Source of the DNA: Scenedesmus sp. PABB004
Lineage: Eukaryota
Direction of reading: 5' to 3'
DNA: 64,000 nt
Assembly: GCA_014905635.1 (NCBI GenBank)
Contig: JABVCE010000020.1
Location: forward strand, 620,001-684,000
Shown here: positions 24,330 through 37,560 of the stretch, piece by piece
How positions within the stretch are numbered: position 1 is the first letter of the stretch
Layout of the letters: each line of letters begins with the position of its first letter
Notes under the pieces: model-generated
What the model saw: the letters and a program-made list of their open reading frames with translations, nothing else
Database searches by the model: none
Told to the model about the DNA's origin: nothing
Made by a program: the position numbers and the translations under genes

Positions 24330-27300
24330 TCAGCTGTACCCGTAGCCGCCGCCGCCCGGCGAGCGCGCCGGCGAGCCCATCCCGCCGGCGAGCCCAGCGC
24401 TCCCTCGGCCGCCCAGCTGCGCCGCAGCGCCGCGAGCGCGCCCGGCGAGCCGCCGCCGGCCGCGCCGTACGGCAGCGCGCCGCCGCCGAGGCCGCCGAGG
24501 CCGCCGCCGCCCGCGCTGGCGGGCCGGCCTGCGAGCGCGAGCTTGCAGCGCAGCGCGTCGACGCTGCGCGCCTTCTCCGCCGCGTCCTCCTCGGTGCGCT
24601 TCACCCGCTCCATCAGCGCCGCGATCTGCGGCGGCGGCGGCGGCGGCGGCGTTGAGACGCGGGCGGCAGTGACACGCGGGCGGCGGCGCGCCGGCTGGCG
24701 GCGGCAGGCGCCCGCGCGGCAGCGGCGCCGGGCACCTGCGCGTCCTTGCCCAGTCGCATCGCCTCCCAGGCCTTGAGCATGTGGTTCAGCTCGCGCACCT
24801 GCATGCGCCGCCCAGGCAGGGCGGTGAGCGCCTCAGCACCGAGCTCACAGCGAGCGCGGCGCCCGCCCGCCGCCGCCGCCGCCGCGCACCTCCTGCGCCT
24901 TCTTGTACGCCGCCGCCTGCGCCGCGCGCAGCTGCTGCTGCACGCCCGCGAGCTCCGCGCGCGCGAGCTCGAGCGCGGCGAGCGCCTCCTGGCGCTGCAC
25001 GGCCGCCTCCGCCTGCGCCCGCGCCGCGCCGTCGGCCGCGGCCTGCGCGCGGCGGCGGGCGCGGCGGGCGGCTCTCTGCGCCGCGCCGGGCGGTGGGCGT
25101 GCGCGCGGCGCGCCGCACGCACCTTGAGCGCGGCGAGGCGCTGCGCGCCCGCGGCGCCCTGCTCCAGCGCGCGCGCGAGCTGCACCTCCAGCTCCCCGAC
25201 GCGCTCGCCCGCGGCCGAGAGCTGCTCCGTCTTGGCCGCGAGCGCGGCCTGCAGCCCCTCCTGGCCCTGCAGCTGGCGGCGCAGCCGGCCGTACTCCTCG
25301 ACCTGGCGCGAGATCTCGCCCTCCATCACCTCCTGCGCCGCCGCGCGCGCCTCGAGCTGGCCGCGCAGCGCGGCGGCCTCCTCCTGCGCGCGGCCGAGCG
25401 CCGCCTGCTGCGCAAAGATCTTGTCGGACTGCGCCCTGCGCGGAGCGATGGCGGTCGCGCGGGCGGGGCGGGGCGGGCGGGGCGGGGCGGGGCGGGGCGG
25501 GGCGGGGCGGGGGCGGCGGCGGGGCGGGGCGGGCGGGCGGGGCGGGGCGGGGCGGGCGGGCGGGGCGGGGCGGGGCGGGCGGGGCGGGGCGGGCGGGGCG
25601 GGGCGGGCGGCGGGGCGGGGCGGGCGGCGGGGCGGGCGGGGCGGGCGGGCGGGGCGGGGCGGGGCGGCGGGCGGCGCGGCGGCGGCGGGGCGGGGCGGGG
25701 TGGCGCCGGCGCGCCGCGGTGGGCGCGCGGGGCGACGGCGCAGCCGCGGCGGCGGCGGCGGGGCCGTGCGCCGCTCGCGCACGCGCCGCGGCGCGCCGAC
25801 CCCCCGCCGCTCACTTGAGCGTGCGCTGCGCCTGCGCCAGCTCCTGCCACCGCGCGTCGGCGGCCGCGTCGGCCTCGCCCGCGCGCCGCCGCGGCCGCGG
25901 CCTCGCGCAGCTTGCGGCTGAGCTGCGCTGCGACGAGGTCCAGCAGCTCCGACAGCACCTGCGAGCAGCGCAGCGCAGCGGGGCGAGGGTTGGGCGGCCG
26001 CCGCAGCAGCCGCGGCGCCGCGCGCGCGCGCCGGGCGCCCCGGCGACTCACGTGCACCGCGCGCGCGGCCTCGCGCGGCGGGTCGGGCAGGCCGGCCGCC
26101 GGCACGCCGACGCTGACGAGCAGCTCGCGCGTCACGCCGGCCAGGTGGGCGACTTGGTCCTCCAGCGCGCGCAGCGCCTCGCGCTCGCCCGTCACCGCGC
26201 CGGCCGCCTGCGCGCCGCGCCGGCGTGAGGGTTTGGTGGCGCATCCAGCGCGCGCGGCGGCGCGCCGAGCCCTGCCCCTGAGGCGCGGCCGCGCCGCGCG
26301 CACCTGCGTGGCCTCACGCCGCGCCGCGTCCAGCGCCCGCCGCGCCGCGGCCGCCTCCTCGCGCGCGGCTGCCAGCTCCGACTGGCTCGCGGCGAGCCGC
26401 GACGCCGCGCCGGCGGCGGCGCTGCTGTGGCGCGTGGCCTCCGCCTCGGCGAGCTCCAGCTGCCGCTGCAGCGAGGCCGCCTGGCGGCGCGGGGCGCGGG
26501 GGGCGTCAGCGTGGGCCGCGCTGCGCCGGGGGCGCGCGGCGGCTCGCATGCCTCGCGTCCGCGGCCCCGGGGCTCACCTTGCCGTCAGCGCTGCGCAGCT
26601 CCGCGTCGAGCGCCGCGAGGCGCGCCTCCGCCGCCGCCAGCCCCGCGTCCCTGCTCGCCAGCTGGCCCTCCAGCGCCTGCAGCTCCGCGGCGGCGCGCGC
26701 CTGCGCGGCCGTGAGCGCGGCGCCGCCGGCCATCACCTCGGCCCTGCTGCCCGCGAGCGCGGCGCGCAGCTCCGCCGCGTCGCGCTGCGCGGCCTCCGCC
26801 TGGCTCGCCGCCTGGCCGAGCTGGAATGCCAGCTCCTCAATCTTTTGGCCCTTGAGCTTGGCAGAATCCCGCCAGGCCGACACGACCTGCGACGCGGCGG
26901 CAGCGCGGGGCGCGGGCTCAGCGTGACCGCAGGGCGCGCGCCGCGCCGCGTGTGGCTGCCGCCGGCCCCGGGCCCGCGCGCCGCGCCGCACCCTGCCGAC
27001 GCCGTGCGTCGCCGCCGCCGCGCTCCTGCTGCTCTGGCGGCTGAGGCTCTGCTTGCCGGGGCTCGCCGCGCCGGCGGCCGCGGGCGTGCTGTCGCCGCTC
27101 CAGCCGCCGCCTGGCTCGCAGGCGCTGCCCGCCGCGAGGCCCGAGAGCTGCTCGACGAGCCGCTCCCGCGCGCCCACCGCCTCCTGGGCCGCCGCGAGCC
27201 TGCCGGCCAGCTCTGCACGCTCCTCGCGCGCCGCGCGCAGTAGGCGGTCCGCGTCGGCCAGCTGGTGCGTGAGGCTCGCGTTGGCCTGCGGCGCCGCGGG

Positions 27301-30300
27301 CGGCGGGGGCGTGAGCTGGCGGGGGCGCCCAGTCGCGCCCACAAACCTGGCGCGCGCGCGCCGCGCACCCTGGCCAGCTCGGCGCGCTTGGCATTGGCCG
27401 CCGCCACCTCCTCGCCCAGGCGCGCGATCTGCTCCTGCTGCGCCAGCAGGCGCCCCGCCAGCGCCGCGAGCTCGCCGTCGCCGCCTGCCGACCGGCGCGC
27501 GCGCGGCGAGCGGTCAGCGCCGCACGCGCTGCAGCACGCGCACAGCCCGCGCAGCGTGCGCACAGCGCGGCGCACCCGCGGCCTCCTCCAGGCTCGCCTC
27601 CGCCGCCAGCGGGTCCGCGCCGCCGCCGGCGAGCAGCAGCCGCGCGCTCGCTTGCTCCCGGGCCGCGTCGCGCGCGGCGGCCGCCTGCGCCGCGCCCGCG
27701 AACGCGTCGGCGCGCGCGCGCGCCTCGGCCGCCGCCGCCAGCGCCGCGGCCGCCTCCTCCTGCGCCGCGTGCAGCGCGCGCTTGTACGCCTCCAGCTCGG
27801 CCGCCAGCGCCGACGCGTCGCCGCCGCTCGGCGCCATGCCCGCCGCCTCAGCGGGCGCGGCGCCGCCGGGCTGCTCGCCGGGCGCCGCGCCTGCGCGCAC
27901 AGCGGACGGGCGGGAGGGCGCGGTCCGTGAGCGGCCTGGCGCGGCGCGGGTCGCGGAGGGCGATCCCTGAGTGAGGGCCGGGCTGGCGACCGCAGCAGCA
28001 GACCTGCCGCCGGTCCGTGCGGCGCGGCCGCGCCGCCGCACGGCGCGCGCCGCACACGGGCGACAGCCGCGAAATGAAGCAACCCCACGGCGCGCTGGCC
28101 GCGCGAGCGCGCGCGCAGGCAGGCAGCAAGGGGCGGGCGAAGGTGCTCGCTCTCGCGTGCCGGGTGCGGCGGGCCGCGCTCAAGCCGCGCCCCTAACGAT
28201 GCGATGCGCGCCCGCTGGGCGTTCGTTCTCGGGCAGCAGACAGGCGCGAGCGAGGGCTGGCGGCAGCGCACAACCGCGGTCAAGGCGCGCACGCGCTCAC
28301 CTCCGTCGTGCTCGGGCGACGCGGCCCCCGACGCCTGCCCCGACAGTGCGGCGAGCTGCGGCGGCGGCGCGGCGGCGGCGGGCCCAGGCGTCGCCGGGGC
28401 GCCCCCGCACGACGCCGCCCGCGCGAGCGGCGGCGCGCGCGCGCGCTCACCTTGGCGTCCGCGAGCGCCTCGCGCTGCGCGGCGCGCGCGCGCAGGAGCT
28501 TGAGCTTGCGGTGCGTCGCCGCGAGGCGGCCCACAAGGTCGACGTTCTCAGCCGCCAGCGCCGCCGCCTCGCGCGCGCGCCGCCGCGCCGGCGTCGCCTC
28601 CCGCGCCAGCGTCGCCGCCCGCGCCGGCGCCGCCCAGGCCCGAGCCGACGCTGCTGCTGCGGCTCAGCGGCCGCTCTGGCGCCGCGCCCCCGGGCGCGTC
28701 CGAGGCGCGCCTGCTGCGCAGCTCGAGCCGCAGCTCCCGCGCCTGCGCCTGCGCCGCTGCCGCGGCCGACAGCGCCGCCTGGAGCTCACGCTTCGCGGCG
28801 GCGAGCGCCGCGGCCAGCGCGGCCGCGTCGTCGGCGGCCGCGGCGCTGGCCGGCAGCGACGTCACCGACGGCGCATCGGCGCCCGGCGACGCGGGGGCAC
28901 GCCCGGCCGCGCGCGCCGCCGGCGATGGCGCTGGTCCCCGCCGTCGCCGCGCCGTCGCCGGGCACGGCGAGCTCGGCCGCCAGCTGGGCGAGCTCGGGCT
29001 GCGCCGCCAGCTGCCGCTCCAGGGCCGCCTTGCCGGCCTGCAGCCCCTCCGCCAGCAGCGCCTGGGCACCCAGCGCCTGCGCCCGGCGGCGCGGCACGGT
29101 CGGCGCCGGCTGCGCTGGTGCGCCCGCCCGCCGCCCCTCGCCACCACCAACCCACGCATTCCCGGCACGCGCGCCCACCTTTTCGAGGCCGGCAGCCTTC
29201 CGCTGCGCGCACCGCGCGCGCTCGCCCGCGTCGCGCACCTCCGCCTGCGCCGCGGCCTCCGCCCGTGCCGCGGCCGCGAGCTGCTGCTGCAGCGCGTCGC
29301 AGCGCTCGCGCAGGCCCGGCAGCTGCGCGGCGTCGGCGCGCGCCGCCGCGGCAGCCTGCGTCGCCTGCACGGCGACAGCGGCGGTAGCAGGCGCCGTGAG
29401 CGCTGCGGGCGAGCGGTCAACGCGCGGCGACGCGCGCAGCGAGCCTCGGCGGCAGCCTCACACCTGGTGCAGGTCGTGCTCCAGCTGCTGCACGCGCGCC
29501 GCCCACTGCGCCTCGAGCTCCGACGCGTCGCGCGCCGCCCGCGCCTCGGCGTCCCGCGCTGCGGCCAGAGCCTCGGCAAGGGCCCGCTCGCCGTCGGCCA
29601 CGCGGCCGCGCAGCGCGGCCGCCTGCTGCTCCACCGCCTGCTGCTGGCCCTCGCTGCGAGCCAGCTGCGCCTGCGCCGCGGCCAGCCGCTCTTGCAGCGC
29701 CGCAGCGGCGGCCTCCTGCTCCGCGGCGTGCTTCAGATCGCTCGCGCTGCCCGCCGCCGCTGCCGTCGCCGCGGCGTCGAGCTGCGCCCGCAGCTCGGCG
29801 CCGGCCGCGCGCTCCGCCGCCAGCTCGGCGGCGGCGGCGGCCTCTGCTGCCTGCAGCTGCGCCACGCGCTGCTGCAGGGCCTCCACCTCGCGCTCCAGCT
29901 CTGCGGCGCGCTGCTGCAGGGCCTCGGCGGCGGCGCGTGCCGCCGCAGCCCGCCCCTCCGCCGCGGCAGCAGCGTCGCCACTGGCGGCCGCCGCGCCGTC
30001 GGCGGCCAGCAGCTGCTGGCGGACCGCGCTGGCGTCGGCCTGCGCGCCGGCCGCGTCCGCCCGGGCAGCCGCGAGCGCCTGCGCCGCCTCTCCCTGCAGC
30101 CGCTGCGCCGCCTGGGCCTGCTCGGTCGCCGCTTGCTCCGCAGTCGCCAGCGCCTGCTGCAGCTGCGACGTCCGCGCGCGCAGCTCGCAGAGCTCTTGCT
30201 GCACAGCAGCCGAGGCCGCCTGCTGCTGCTCGGCCTCCTCCGGCGGCGGGCGCGGCGACTGCTCCGGCAGCGCCGCCGGCGCGGCAGCCGGCGGCTCCTG

Positions 30301-31730
30301 TTCGCCCGCCCGCTGCTCCGCCTCCGACGCGGCCGCGCTCGCCCCGGTGGGCCGTCTGCCTGCGGCCCCAGCAGCTGCACCGCCTGCTGCAGCTGGCCCA
30401 GCGTGCTGTCCACGCGGGCCTTGTCCTCCTGCCAGCCCACGGCCAGCGCCTCCAGCACCGCCAGCTGCTCGTCCGACTCTGCCAGCCGCTGCTCCGCGTC
30501 CGCCAGAGCCTGCCGCAGGCCGCCGCACTCTGCCTGCAGCGCAGCGTGCGCGGCCGCGAGTGCCGCGAGCTCGCCCCCACCCGCCGGCTGCTGCTGCTGC
30601 TGCTGCGCGTGCGCCGGCGCGCCGCCGCCGCCGCCCCCCGGCGCGCCGCGAGCTCGTCGCGCTCCCGCAGCGCCTCCGCCAGCGCGGCGCGCAGCTCCAC
30701 GATGCGCTGGGCCTTGGCGTCGTCCGCCTCCGCCGGCGCCGCGCTGGCGGGCGCGGCCGCGCCGCCGACGCGCGCGGGCACGTCCGCCGCCGCAGCGGCC
30801 AGGGCAGAGGCGAGCTCCTGGATGCGCTGGAGCTTGGGGTCAAAGCCGCTGTCGCCGCCCAGCCCCTGGCCGGCGAGGCCGAGCGCGAGGTGGAGCAGCG
30901 GCGCCTCGCCGCCCTGCTGCTGCTCGGGCGGCACCGCGCCGCCGGGCGCCGCCGCGGCAGCGGCCGCCGCGGCGTCCGACAGCGCCGCGGCCAGAGCGCT
31001 CCGCAGCTCCTGGATGCGCTGGGCCTTGGGGTCGCCCGCCGCGTCCGGCGGCGCGGCCTGCTGCGCCTTGAGCGAGGCGGCGAGGCCCTCGCACGCCGCC
31101 GCGGCCCCGGCGGCCGCGGGCCCGGCCGGCGCGCCCGCCGCTGCGGCGCCGGCGCCGGCGCCGGCGAGCAGGCCCCTCACGTGCTGCGTCAGCACGGCCG
31201 CCGCCAGCTGCCCCTGCGCCGCGTCGGCAACCGCGGCAGTCTGCAGCAGCTCCGCCCGCAGCGCCGCGCCCGCCTGCTGCGCCGCCGCCAGCTGCCGCCG
31301 CGCGTCGCCGAGCTCCGCGGCCAGCTCGTGCACCTGCGCCGCCGTCGGCGCGCGGCGGGCGCGCCCCGTCGGCCGGCGGCGCCCGCCTTGGCGCGCCGCG
31401 CAGCGCCGCTGCCCGCGCTCGCACCTGCGCATCGAGCCGCTGTCCCTCCTCCAGCAGCCGGCTGCTGGTGTCCTTGCCGCTGCGCATGCCGGCCTCGGCC
31501 TCCGTGAGCTGCGCCAGCAGCTGCGCGCGGTCCCCCTCCAGCGCGGCGCAGCGCGCGCGCGCCGCGTCGGCCTCGCGCCGCGCCGCGTCGGCTTGGCCCT
31601 GAGCGGTCTGCCTGTAGCCCTGCGCCGCCTGGAGGGGAGCGGACGGGGGCGACCGGCGGCAGCGGCGCTGTGAAAAGAACGGCGGCGCGCCGGGCTGGCC
31701 GCAGAGTCGGGGTGACTGGGGCCGTCGTTG

Positions 31731-31761
<31 letters not shown>

Positions 31762-31781
31762 ATCAGCATCAGCATCAGCAT

Positions 31782-31831
<50 letters not shown>

Positions 31832-34800
31832 GCGGCGGCGGCGGCGCACCTTGAGCTTGGCCTGCAGGTCCGCCACCTCGGCGCCCAGCGCCGCGCCGCG
31901 CTCGGTCAGGCGGCGCTTGTCGACCCCCAGGCTGGTCAGCCGCTCCTCCAGGCGCGGCACGAGGCCCTCCGCCCGGGCCAGCCTGGCCTGCGCCTCGGCC
32001 AGGCGCGCCTCGGCACCGGCGGCGCGCGCCGCCGCCGCGTCGCGCTCGGCCGCGGCCTTGCGCGCGCGCGCCGCCGCGGCGTCCAGCGCCTGCCCGCCCG
32101 CCGCGAGCGACGCGCGCTGCGCGCGGGCCGCCGCCCTGGCCGCACGCAGGCCGCCGGCCGCGGCCGTGCGGCGCGCGCGCGCCGCCTTGAGCAGCCGGCC
32201 GGCGCGCTTGGCGCGGCGCAGGCTGCGCGCGGCCGCCAGGGACGCCGCGGCCGCCGCCGCGCGCGCGCCCGCCAGCTCGCGCTGCGCCGCCTCGGCCGCC
32301 GCCGCGAGCGCCTCCGCCCGGCCCTGCACGCCGCGCATCGCCGCCAGCTGCTCCTGCAGCTGCGCCGCCGCAGCGCCCCGCTCCGCCGCCGCCGCCTCGG
32401 CGGCCGCCGCGCGCTCCTGCAGCTGGCGCGCCACCTGGCGCAGGCCCGCCGCCTCGGCGGCCGCGCGCTCAGCGGCCTGCGCGCCGGCGCGCCGCGCCTC
32501 GCCGAGCGCGGCCTCGGCCTCGCGCTGCGCCGCAAGCGCGGCCTCGCGCGCCGCGCCCAGCTGCGCGGCCAGCTCGCCCTGCTCGCGCTGTGATGATCCC
32601 TGCGCCAGCCCCAGCTCTGAGCGCAGGCCCTCGGCCTCCGCCTGCGCCGCCGCGGCCGCTGCGCGCGCGGCACGCAGCGCCTGCGCGGCCTCGTCCGCCG
32701 CCGCCGCCGCCGCGCCGCGCTCGGCCTGGGCCGCCTCCAGCTCCGCGGCCAGCGCCGCGCCGCGCGCGCCCGCCGCGTCGGCCGCCCCGCACGCCGCCTC
32801 GACCGCCGCCTGCAGCTCGCGCGCGACGTCGGCCAGCAGCTGGCGCGCGGCGGGCGCGCCCGCGGGCGTCGCCGGCGGCGCCGCGGGCGTCGCCGGCGGC
32901 GCCGCGGGCGGCGCCTCGCGCCGCAGCGCCGCCGCCGCCGCGGCGCCCGCCTGCGCGGCGGCGCCCGCCGCCGCGCACAGCTCGTCCAGCGCCGCGCCGG
33001 CCGCCGCGCCCGCCTCGGCCTGCTCCTCCAGCAGGGCCATCATCACGCTCGTGGTCAGCTGCGGCAGCTGCATGAGCACAGGCACCGCCGCCTCGAGGCT
33101 GTCCAGCGGCTCGCGCGCCATGCGCGGCAGCCGCGCGAGCTCGCGCGCGAGCTGCGCCTGCAGCGCGCCGCACAGCCCCGGCGGTGCGTCGCCGCTTGCG
33201 CCGGCGGCGCCGGCGGCGGCGCTGGCGCGGCACTGCGCCGCGCACGCCGCGACGGCCTCCTCCGCCGCGCCCTGCACCTGCACCAGCACCTTGCGCAGCA
33301 GCGCCTGCGCCGCCTCGGCCGCGCCGCGCGACCGCGACGCGTCCGCGCGCGCGCGGTCGGCCTGCATCCGCAGCGCCGCGCACTCCTCCTCAACCTCCCC
33401 GGCGTCGCGGCGAGCGCGCTCGAGCGCTCCGCCAGCGCCGCCTGGCCCGCCACCATCGCCGCGCGCGCCGCCGCGAGCTCGCCGCCGAGCGACGCCTCGC
33501 GCACCTGCGGCGCGCCGGCGCCGCGCGCGGGTGGGGCGGGGTGGGGCGCGCGCCCTGTGCGCAGCGAGCGCGCGCAGGGCCTGCGCATGCAGGCTGCGAG
33601 CTCAGGGGCTGACCAGAGGCCCGCGAGGCGGGCCAGCCCACCTGCTTCGACTCCATGAGGTCCCCCAGCGCCGCCCGCAGCTCCTTTATGCGCTCGTCCT
33701 TGGCCTGCAGACGACGAGCAGCAGGCGCGGCCGGCGGCAGGTGCCGGCGCGGGCGCGGTAGGTCGCGGGCCAGACGCGCCCGGCGGCTCGCGCCTGGCCG
33801 CAGCGCCCCGCCGCCGCGCCCGCCCGGCAGCGGCGGCGCGCACCTCCGCCGTCGCCTGGCTGGCGGCGAGGTCGGCGCGCAGCGCCTGCGCGGCGGCCTC
33901 GGCGCCGCGCGCCTCCTGCGCCGCGGCGTCGGCGGCGGCGCTCGCGCCGCGAGCCGCGCCCGCGCGTCGGCAAGCTCCGCGTCAGCCACGTCGAGGCGCC
34001 GCTGCAGCTCCGCCGCCGCGCCGGCCGCGTCGGCGGCGGCCGCGTCCTGCAGCGCCGCGGTGAGCTGCTCCACCTCGGCCTTCGCGTCCGCCAGCGCCTC
34101 GGCGCACGCCTCAAGGCGGGCGGCGTCGCGCGCGTGCTGCGCCGCGAGCGCGTCGCGCTGCGCGGCCACGTCGGACAGCTGCGTGCGCAGCGCCTGCGCC
34201 TCCGACGCCGCCTCGGCCCGCGCCGCGGCGCCGGCGCGCTCGTGGGTCAGGGCCAGCTCGTGCACCTGCGGGCCGCGGGCCGCGGGCCGCGGCGCGGCGC
34301 GCAGAGACGTGACGGGACAGGCCCCGCAGCGCGCACGCCGCGCGCGTGGCGCCGGCGCCGGCGCGCACACGCACCTGAGCGAGCAGCTCGCGCACGCGGG
34401 CCGCCACCGCCTCGCCGTCGGCCGCCGGCAGCAGCCTGGCTGAGAGCAGGCGGCCGGTCAGCGCCTCGTACGCGTCGCCATCGAGGGAGAAGCCGGCCTG
34501 CGCCTCGCCGCGCGCGCCCAGCGCTGCGCGCAGCGCGTGCGGCGCGAGCGCCGTGTGCACCGCGAGCAGCGCGTCGCGCGACGCGCACGCGGCGGCCGCC
34601 GCCTCGTCGGAGGCGCGCCGCGCGGCGTCGAGCTGCTGCGCCTGGACCTCCTGCGCGGCGGGGCGGGCGCGGCGCCGGAGGCCGGCGGGGTGAGGGAGGG
34701 GCCCGCGCACCCCTCGCCCCTGGGCGCGCGCGGCGCGCGGCGCGTCACCTGCAGCTGCACGCCGGCGTCCTGCTCGCGCGCCTCCATGCGCTGGCCCATG

Positions 34801-36981
34801 CGGGAGACTGCGTCCCGCATCGCCGCCACCTCGGCGCTCGCCGTCTCGAGCCGGCACTTGAGGTCACCTGCGCGGATGCGGGCGCGGCGTGCCGCGACGC
34901 GGCGCGTGAGCGGGGCTGGCTGCGGGCGGGGCCGGCCGGGCGGCGGCGGGCGCGCTGCGCACGCGCGCACCTCGCGCTCGGTCGGCGGCCGCCAGCTCGG
35001 CTGTGAGCCGCGCCTTGTCAGCGGCAGCCTGCACCGCGGCCGCGCGGCACGCCTCCAGCTCCGCCTGCAGCTCCGCCAGCTGCGACGCGACCTGCGCCTG
35101 CAGCTCCTGCCCCGGCGGCAGGCCGCGCCGCGGCGCCGCGTGAGCAGGCGGCGGGCAGCAGGCGACTGCGGGCAGGCGCCGAGGCGGCGCTTGCGGCTGC
35201 AACGCACGGCCGCACGCCCCCAGACCAACACTGCCCCGCCCACCTGTTTCTGGTTCAGCGCCTCTGTCAGCCGGTCACCGAGCTGCTCACGCTCCGCCGC
35301 GGCCGCCTGCGCCGCCGCCAGCAGCGCGCGCCGCTCCGCGCGCAGCGCGCGCGCCTCGCCCGCCTCCGCCGCCGCGCCCTCCAGCTGCGCCTGCGCCGCG
35401 GCGAGCTGGCTGGCCGCCGCGTCGAGCTGCGCCTGCAGCGCGCGGCGCTTGGCTTGCTCCTGCGCCACCGCGTCCTGCTGCTGCGACCGGAACGCGCCAA
35501 CGTCGGCCGCCGCCGCTCGCAGCTGCTGCCGCTCCTGCTCCAGCGCCGCCCTGGCCTGCTCCAGCTCCGCGGCCGCCGCCGACCGCACCGCCTGCAGCTC
35601 CGCCGCGTGGCGCTGTGCGTCGGCGCCGCGCTGCGCCAGCAGCTCCTGCGCCTGGAGCTGCAGGTCGGCCACTAGCCGCTGCTGTTGCCGCTGCTCGAGC
35701 GCGGCCGCATCGGCGCCGCCGGCGGCGCCCGCGCCGGCCGGGGGCGCCTGCACGCTGCGCCGCAGCTGCTCCACGCCCGCCGCCGCCGGCTGCTGGCCGC
35801 CCCCGAGCTGCAGCGAGCGCCGCAGCGCCTGCTGCTGCGACGGCTGGTGGGGCTGCTGCTTCTGCGGGGCGGCAGCGGCAGCGGCGGCAGCGGGGGCGGG
35901 CCGGCCGCGGCGCGCAGGCGGGGGTCGGCCGCGCGTGCCGGAGGCCGCTGCGCAGCGCCCGTCGCCGGCCAGCCCGCCCGAGCGCACCTGCGGCGTCGGC
36001 TGCGCCGACGCGCCGCCCCGGTTGCGCGCCAGCTCCAGCTCCATCAGCGCCGTGTCAACGCTGTAGCGAAGGTCCGCCACGCTGCCGGCTCCATCCGGTG
36101 GCCCGGGCGGCGCGGCGTCGCCCGCGCCCGCCGCGCCCGCGCTCGACCCGCCGCCGCCGCCGGGCGCAGGGCTGCCGCTGCTGCGGTCGCCGGCCGCCGC
36201 CGCGGCGCTGTCGCGCGAGGCCCAGTCCGAGATGCGCTGCCACTTTTGCCGCTGGTCCACCACGACGCGCCGCGCCGCGGGCACGTGGTGCTGCTGCGCC
36301 TCCTCCGCCGCCTGCAGCACCGGCTCGGGCGCCGGCGCGGCCTGCTTGTCCTTCGCCCGCCCCTGCTGCGCGGCGGGCGGGCCCACCGCGAGCGCCTGTG
36401 GCGACGCCTGCTGCGGCGCGTCCAGCTGGCGTCCCGCGGCGGCGGCGGCGCCTGCAATGCGCGCGCGCGTGCGGGGCGCCGGCGGCGCATGAGCGGCGCC
36501 CAGCTGCGCGATCGCGGCGGCGCCAGGCGCGTGCGCTGCCGGGCCGCGCGGCGCCGCACCTCTGTCGGCGCCGCGCGCCGCGCGCACGGCGTCCGCGCTC
36601 GCCGCCAGCGCCTGCAGCTTGGCGGGCGAGCGCTGGCGCTGCTGCTGGTCGGCCGCGGCCACGGCCTCGTCCAGGGCGGCGAGCTCCTGCGGCACGGCGC
36701 CGCGGCAGCGGCGCGGCGCGGCAGCGGCGCGCTCGCCGAGTGCGCCGCGCGGCGGGCAACCAGGCAGCTCCGGGGCGCGCTGCAGGCCGCCCCCGGCGCG
36801 GTGCCGGGGCCGGCGGCGCGCGCGCGCACCCGCGGCCGCAGCTGGCGCGCAGCAGCGGCGCCGGCCAGCGTGCGCTGCCACTCGGCGATGCTGAACTCCT
36901 GTGGCGGCGCAGGGGCTGAGCAGGGGGGCTGGGGACGCGGACAGCGGCGCGCGGGGCTCCGCGCACCGAGCTGGAGGCCAT
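24330..36981 (-). CDS. Very large multi-exon coiled-coil protein (multiple apparent frameshifts)
   Basis: A continuous chain of Ala/Glu/Gln/Leu/Arg heptad-rich exons with matching splice phases where checked, from MASSS|EFSIAEWQR (36981) to VRELNHMLKAWEAMRLGKDAQ|IAALMERVKR. The likely end is GYGYS* at 24330 (24116 if not frameshifted). Confidence 0.7.
25460..25700 (+). repeat. Intronic G-tract array (GGGC/GGGGC)n, G-quadruplex-prone
   Basis: About 240 bp of near-continuous GGG/GGGG runs separated by single C residues. Confidence 0.9.
31734..31830 (+). repeat. Intronic (CAG)n/(CATCAG)n microsatellite
   Basis: Seen directly. It lies just inside the intron whose donor is CTCAAG|GTGCGC at 31849. 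Confidence 0.92.
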
Positions 36982-37560
36982 GCCGCGCGGCGGCGCGCTC
37001 GAACGATGCCCGAGCTGTCGCGCCCGGCGCCAGGCGGCTCCTCGCCCGCAGCGAGCGCGTCAGGCGCGCATGAAGCGCTGCAGTGATCGTCAAGGCGCCG
37101 CCAAGGCGGCCTCACGGCGACGGGCGGCGCGAGTGCGCGTTGTTGCCGCCGCTGCGGGCAGCGGCCGGCGGATGCTGAAGTTGCTGCTGGCGCTGCTGCC
37201 GCGAAGGCAGCCTCGGCCGCGCGTCACACCAGCTGGGTTGCGGGCGCCGCGCCGCAAAGCCGTGACGGCGCCGTCGCCGCCGCGGCGCGCGCCTGCCCGC
37301 CCGCCCGCCGCCCGGCAGTGCGTCAGGCTGGACTGGCCCAGCAACCAGTGCGGCAGCGGGGGCGGCCCGACACCGCGAGAGCATCAGCTGCTCCCGGGGG
37401 GGCTCCAGGCCCGCGCCCGCAAGGCGAGGCGCGGCAACGGCAGCGGCACATCCACGGACGCGGCGCACGGCGATCAGCGAGCACGGCCAGCGCGCGGAGC
37501 TGTGAGAGGCACCAGCGAGGCCGAGAGAGCTCTCGCGAGGCGCCCCGCTTGCAGGGCGCC

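Noticed and set aside
27840..28300. Boundary between two separate coiled-coil genes
   Set aside because: A phase-1 donor (GGAG|GTGAG, ~28301) and a matching acceptor (~27891) join the two parts in frame.
31728..31830. Polyglutamine protein
   Set aside because: The CAG tract lies in an intron of the minus-strand gene.
27971..33761. Long plus-strand ORFs (1178 aa, 677 aa) and the many Arg/Ala/Pro-rich ORFs elsewhere
   Set aside because: These are antisense or off-frame shadows of real genes. Stop codons are scarce at this GC content.
24330..33950. Programmed ribosomal frameshifting
   Set aside because: No slippery heptamers or consistent direction were seen. The indels mostly fall in G/C runs typical of sequencing error.
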